A DNA stretch of 32,000 nucleotides from Nitrosopumilus maritimus SCM1 (GTDB lineage: Archaea > Thermoproteota > Nitrososphaeria > Nitrososphaerales > Nitrosopumilaceae), in contig NC_010085.1 of the NCBI RefSeq assembly GCF_000018465.1, forward strand, positions 810,001 to 842,000, given 5' to 3'. Positions 27,893 to 32,000 of the stretch are shown here, piece after piece. Made by a program: the position numbers and the translations under genes. Each line of letters starts with the position of its first letter. Within the stretch, counting starts at the first letter, position 1. The notes under the pieces were generated by a model, which saw only the letters and a list, made by a program, of their open reading frames with translations, was not told the DNA's origin and ran no database searches.

Positions 27893-28891
27893 TTATTCTG
27901 TGGAATCAGGCCACATCATTTTACGCATTTCTTTACCAACTTTTTCAATTTGGTGTTCGTCATATTGTTTCATGTATTTGTCAAATGCATCTTTGCCGTT
28001 TTTCTGGTATTCAGAAATCCACTCGTTGTTGAATGTACCATCTTGAATCATGGTTAGAACTTTTTTCATGTTCTCTTTGTTTGCAGAATCCATCACCATT
28101 GGTCCACGTGTTAAACCACCATATCTTGCAGTCTCACTTACACGTCTCCACATTCCATTAATTCCATATCTTTGAATCATATCTACAATGAGTTTTAGTT
28201 CATGTAAAACTTCAAAGTATGCAATTTCTGGTTGATATCCTGCTTCAACTAGAGTTTCAAATGCATTTGTTACCATAGAAGCTGCACCACCACAAAGGTC
28301 TGCTTGCTCACCAAACCAATCAGTTTCTACTTCTTCTTTGAAAGCAGTTTTGATTAATCCGGCTCTTGCACTTCCGATTGCTTTTGCAATTCCCAATGTT
28401 CTATCCCAAGCTTTTCCTGTAAAGTCTTGTTCAACTGCAACAATTGCTGGAGTTCCAAAATTATCAAGATAGGTTTCTCTTACTTTTGAACCAGGTCCTT
28501 TTGGTGCAATCATGATTAAATCAACATTGTTTGGAGCTTCAATCCATTTCCAATAGATTGCAGCTGCATGAGAAAATGACAATGCTTTTCCTTCAGAAAG
28601 ATTTGGTCCGATTTCATCTTTGTATACTTGACCTTGAATCATATCTGGAATCAATATGTGAATAATGTCTGCTTGTTTTGTGGCATCAGCTACTGACATT
28701 ACTTTGTGACCATCAGCTTCGGCCTTTTTCCAGCTATTACCGCCTTCTTTGAGACCAATTATGACATTAAGACCAGAGTCTTTCATGTTGTTAGCTTGTG
28801 CATCACCTTGGATTCCATAACCAATTACAGCAATGGTTTGATCTTTTATTGGATCAAGACTGATATCGGTATCTTTCCATGTTTGTGCCAT
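27893..28891 (-). CDS. ilvC: Ketol-acid reductoisomerase
   Basis: IAVIGYGIQGDAQANNMKDSG, MIAPKGPG, FGEQADLCGG, Y..LHELKLIVDMI. Confidence 0.96.
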   Translation of the reverse strand: MAQTWKDTDISLDPIKDQTIAVIGYGIQGDAQANNMKDSGLNVIIGLKEGGNSWKKAEADGHKVMSVADATKQADIIHILIPDMIQGQVYKDEIGPNLSEGKALSFSHAAAIYWKWIEAPNNVDLIMIAPKGPGSKVRETYLDNFGTPAIVAVEQDFTGKAWDRTLGIAKAIGSARAGLIKTAFKEEVETDWFGEQADLCGGAASMVTNAFETLVEAGYQPEIAYFEVLHELKLIVDMIQRYGINGMWRRVSETARYGGLTRGPMVMDSANKENMKKVLTMIQDGTFNNEWISEYQKNGKDAFDKYMKQYDEHQIEKVGKEMRKMMWPDSTE

Positions 28892-28930
28892 GGTTTTGGC
28901 AGATTCTATTGCAAATATTAACTATGAAAC

Positions 28931-29050
28931 CTAGATTTCGATGATTTTTTCACATGAACGACACTTTACAGTTACCTTGTCTCCAGGCAATCTGGTAAAT
29001 CTCTTAGAGCCACACTCAGGACAAATTGGACAAGCGCGTACAGGTTCCAT
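28931..29050 (-). CDS. Very small zinc-ribbon protein (39 aa), absent from the supplied ORF track
   Basis: Manual translation MEPVRACPICPECGSKRFTRLPGDKVTVKCRSCEKIIEI*; ATG overlaps the upstream gene's TAA (TAATG). Confidence 0.7.
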   Translation of the reverse strand: MEPVRACPICPECGSKRFTRLPGDKVTVKCRSCEKIIEI

Positions 29051-29580
29051 TAGTGTTTTGTAGGATTGGTATCAGATTTAGAAATTACGGATAGTCTATT
29101 TTTTGCATCAATCTTTGTTAGAAATTCATAAACTGCATTTGGAACAGATTCTTTCCAATTTTCATCAGAAATTATCATAGAGCGGATTTTAGTTGCATTG
29201 TATTGTTTTCTATCTAGAAATTCAGGTTTTACAACAGTTATTCCAGAATCAGCTAAAAGCATAGAGACATAATCATTACCACTGTACACTTTATCAAAAT
29301 GAGGTAATGCAGATTGGAGATAGGAACTCCAAGTTGCAATGTTAAACTGATTCTCAATAGATATGACAAAACATTTTTTCAAATCCAAGTTTGCTTCTTT
29401 TAGAGAGTTGTGAATCATCTCAATTCTTTCACCAGCAGTAAAAGGATCTTTTTCCAAATAATTGAATTGAGCACTAGTTATGGCAATAATTACTTCATCG
29501 CATTGATCAAGAATCTGTTTGACTAATTCTAAATGACCCAAATGAAATGGTTGAAACCTTCCCATCATCAATCCGCGCAT
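29050..29580 (-). CDS. Nicotinamide-nucleotide adenylyltransferase, archaeal type
   Basis: MGRFQPFHLGHLELVKQIL; AQFNYLEKDPFTAGERIEMI; SATKIRSMI-like C-terminal ATKIRSMI. Confidence 0.9.
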   Translation of the reverse strand: MRGLMMGRFQPFHLGHLELVKQILDQCDEVIIAITSAQFNYLEKDPFTAGERIEMIHNSLKEANLDLKKCFVISIENQFNIATWSSYLQSALPHFDKVYSGNDYVSMLLADSGITVVKPEFLDRKQYNATKIRSMIISDENWKESVPNAVYEFLTKIDAKNRLSVISKSDTNPTKH

Positions 29581-29614
29581 AGTGAATCAACAAATTTGAT
29601 TTTATTAAATTAGA

Positions 29615-30535
29615 CTATTTTATTTGGCCACTACCCAAGATTCTGATTGTAGGGGATTCGGGTTTTAAGATAATTGCAATTTGTCCAGATTTGCATACAA
29701 TTGGTTTTTCAAAAGCAAGTTTGAGTGGAGATATTGAAGTAAACTTTGCAGCTTTGATTTGCAATCCAATGTTGACTAGACATCCTTGATTTTCTGCAAT
29801 TTCACTCTTGTAAAAAGGACTTTTTTGAAAATCAATTTCGATTTCTGTTTTGATGTCCACAACTCCTTCTTCAGAGATAACATCACCACGTCCAACTTCA
29901 TCAGGTTTTGCACCTTTTACAGCCAAACCAACTCGAGCAGGACATATGGATTCTTCAACAGGATCATCATGCATTTGAATTGATTTTATGAGTACATCAA
30001 TTCCAGCTGGATATAGTTTCAGATTATCATATTGTTTTACTTTGCCATTAGTGACTTTGCCCAAAATCACGGTTCCAACTCCCTTCACGTCAAAGCAATG
30101 ATCAATCACCATTTCAGAAGAACCATCAGATGAAATAGGTTCAAGTTTGTCCATTTCTTCTTTGATTTTATCCTGATCAACTTTGGTATATTTTTCAACA
30201 ACAGTACCCTTGATCATTGCATCTAGTTTTGATTCATCTACATCAAAGGTATGAGATAATATTCCGTTTTCTTTTTTGAGAGAATCAAGTGCAATGATTT
30301 GCTCTCCTGTGAATTTATCTAATTTATCGACATAAAGTATCACGTATTCTGCAAGATTGATTGCCTGAAACAAAGGCTGTATTTTATCAGGAAATCCACT
30401 GGGTGCAACCCATGTTTTGATAATGTCAGATTCCTTTCTATCATAAAGAGTCAGATCAGTTTCAGTTCCTTTTTTACCAAATTCAGATGCAATGTCTTGT
30501 TTACCTAAAACAACAAAGTTAACGGATTTTACCAC
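29615..30535 (-). CDS. EF-Tu/SelB-like protein with degenerate GTPase domain
   Basis: EF-Tu domain 2-like VIDHCFDVKGVGTVILGKVTNGKVKQYDNLKLYPAGIDVLIKSIQMHDDPVEESICPARVGLAVKGAKPDEVGRGDVIS; N-terminus lacks a canonical GxxxxGK[S/T] P-loop and DxxG. Confidence 0.75.
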   Translation of the reverse strand: MVKSVNFVVLGKQDIASEFGKKGTETDLTLYDRKESDIIKTWVAPSGFPDKIQPLFQAINLAEYVILYVDKLDKFTGEQIIALDSLKKENGILSHTFDVDESKLDAMIKGTVVEKYTKVDQDKIKEEMDKLEPISSDGSSEMVIDHCFDVKGVGTVILGKVTNGKVKQYDNLKLYPAGIDVLIKSIQMHDDPVEESICPARVGLAVKGAKPDEVGRGDVISEEGVVDIKTEIEIDFQKSPFYKSEIAENQGCLVNIGLQIKAAKFTSISPLKLAFEKPIVCKSGQIAIILKPESPTIRILGSGQIK

Positions 30536-30579
30536 AAGAAAATTCTAGAATTAGGCACTAAAAACTATACGAAATGGTT

Positions 30580-31332
30580 CTACGGAAATGTGTTTAGTAC
30601 AGCAGCATAACTTGCAAATCTATGGTTTTTTGGTTTGACTAGTTTCTGATGATATTTTTTGATAGGTTTTCCAATTGCACCATTTAGACCTAAGGGTCCC
30701 AAAACATACTTTTTGTCATCAGCCCAACTTAGAACCTCATCAGAAGGAGCATAATGATTTAGGATTTTTTTATTGACAACAGTTTGGAGTAGCTTACCAT
30801 ACTTTTTTGAAGACGGAACATCTTCAGTTATAGAGGCTCCAAAGAAATAGACACTTTCTAGGATTCCAGAATTTTGTTTCTTTTTAGCAAGATATTCAAT
30901 TGTACTGAGAATCACTTGAGAACCTAGAGAGTGTCCCATTAATCGTATCTTTGTTTTTGGACTAGATTCTTTAAAATCCTCAATGAATTTTCCGAGATTC
31001 CGTCCGTTCTTTTTTGCAATACTTTGTCCTACAGCTAAAGCATGTTTTGCATGTTTGATTAAATGAGCACCAGTGGTGTTTGAATCATAACTAAATCCAA
31101 TTACTGGATGAGAATATCCTAATTTTCTCAATCGATTACGTGCCAAAACTGCTTTTGCAATAGCACCAGCATTGTCATTTCTTAGACCATGAATCATAAT
31201 GGTTAACTCTTTAGAATCAATTAATTTTTGAAAATCTTTTTTTGGATAAAGGTAATAGTTGTTCCGCTTTAGGGTTTTACCAGTTTTTAGATCATAGTAC
31301 CCTCGAGTGGAAATTCTTGGGACAGGTTTCAT
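30580..31332 (-). CDS. Alpha/beta hydrolase (DUF726-like)
   Basis: MIHGLRNDNAGAIAK, nucleophile elbow LMGHSLGSQVIL, FGASITEDVP. Confidence 0.75.
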   Translation of the reverse strand: MKPVPRISTRGYYDLKTGKTLKRNNYYLYPKKDFQKLIDSKELTIMIHGLRNDNAGAIAKAVLARNRLRKLGYSHPVIGFSYDSNTTGAHLIKHAKHALAVGQSIAKKNGRNLGKFIEDFKESSPKTKIRLMGHSLGSQVILSTIEYLAKKKQNSGILESVYFFGASITEDVPSSKKYGKLLQTVVNKKILNHYAPSDEVLSWADDKKYVLGPLGLNGAIGKPIKKYHQKLVKPKNHRFASYAAVLNTFP

Positions 31333-31333
31333 T

Positions 31334-31999
31334 TTATTCTGAAGGTCCTAATTGTTTTTTGTATTTTTCAATGTCTGCATCTTCAACTCTTGCAAATAAT
31401 GGAGATGCATCACCAAGTGTATGGCCTGAAGATACGCCTAAAACAGACATGTCATTCCAGTTTTGGTCATTTATTTTGCCATCTAGTGCAAGTTGAGTCC
31501 ATATGTTTTGTGCAGATTTTGGAATAAATGGGAATGTTGCAATTGCCAAACTTCTAACAGCATTTACTGAGAGATACACGCAACTTGCAGTACCTGGTCC
31601 TTTCTTCCAAGGTTCTTTGTGCTGAAAATACTGATTAAAGTAAGATGAAAACTCCATAATCTTCTTTAATGCCCTATCAAGATGATTTTGCTCCATTAGA
31701 GAGCCAACTTCAGATGCAAGAGATTTGATTTTTTGTTCTGCTTCAGAATCTTTTTCATCAAAATCTTCAGGGTCTGGAATATTTCCATCAAATGCTTTTT
31801 TTGTGAATCCTAATGCACGATTAATAAAATTTCCAAGATTTCCAATTAATTCTGAATTAATTCTAGTTGTAAAATCATCCCAGTCAAAATTCAAGTCATC
31901 TTGGGAATAAGGATTGATAGATACCAGATAAAATCTCAAATAGTCTGCAGGATAGTATTCTAGGAATTCTTTGAGGCCAATATACCAATTTCTGCTTTT
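31334..31999 (-). CDS. metG: Methionyl-tRNA synthetase, C-terminal part; truncated by the window edge
   Basis: Frame stays open upstream of the track start to the edge: KSRNWYIGLKEFLEYYPADYLRFYLVSINPYSQDDLNFDWDDF, matching the KxSKSR loop and C-terminal catalytic region of MetRS. Confidence 0.88.
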   Translation of the reverse strand, partial: KSRNWYIGLKEFLEYYPADYLRFYLVSINPYSQDDLNFDWDDFTTRINSELIGNLGNFINRALGFTKKAFDGNIPDPEDFDEKDSEAEQKIKSLASEVGSLMEQNHLDRALKKIMEFSSYFNQYFQHKEPWKKGPGTASCVYLSVNAVRSLAIATFPFIPKSAQNIWTQLALDGKINDQNWNDMSVLGVSSGHTLGDASPLFARVEDADIEKYKKQLGPSE

Positions 32000-32000
32000 T

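Noticed and set aside
1-32000. CRISPR arrays, transposons, integrases, prophage or defence cassettes
   Set aside because: Manual reading found no regularly spaced repeats, no transposase or Cas-like motifs and no inverted-repeat-flanked cargo; the window reads as core chromosome.
1-32000. tRNA or rRNA genes
   Set aside because: Intergenic gaps are mostly under about 100 nt and none shows the T-arm consensus GTTCRANYC or a GC-rich cloverleaf; all G+C-rich features lie in genes.

Overview
The window looks like an ordinary, densely packed chromosomal segment of an ammonia-oxidizing thaumarchaeon (Nitrosopumilus-like). The evidence is the gene content, low G+C, leaderless-style promoters and small Zn-ribbon genes. 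It carries informational genes: threonyl-tRNA synthetase, deoxyhypusine synthase, S25e, RpoK, Alba, family-B DNA polymerase, a Hef-type helicase, and the C-terminal part of a MetRS-like gene cut by the window edge. It also carries central metabolism: triosephosphate isomerase, PPDK, ketol-acid reductoisomerase, and a split methylmalonyl-CoA mutase with epimerase and a MeaB-type GTPase. Several small proteins are of unknown function. I see no CRISPR array, mobile element, rRNA, tRNA or recognisable defence locus. The most interesting items are: (i) a palindromic TTATATAA box lying exactly midway between two divergent TTG start codons; (ii) two very small Cys-rich genes missing from the ORF track (a 45-aa YHS-type protein and a 39-aa zinc ribbon); (iii) a glutaminase-less asparagine-synthetase-like protein with a C-terminal zinc ribbon; (iv) an EF-Tu/SelB-like protein with a degenerate GTPase domain; (v) an unexplained hairpin-containing intergenic region near 13.4-13.5 kb. 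Product names come from motif recognition only; no database search was run.
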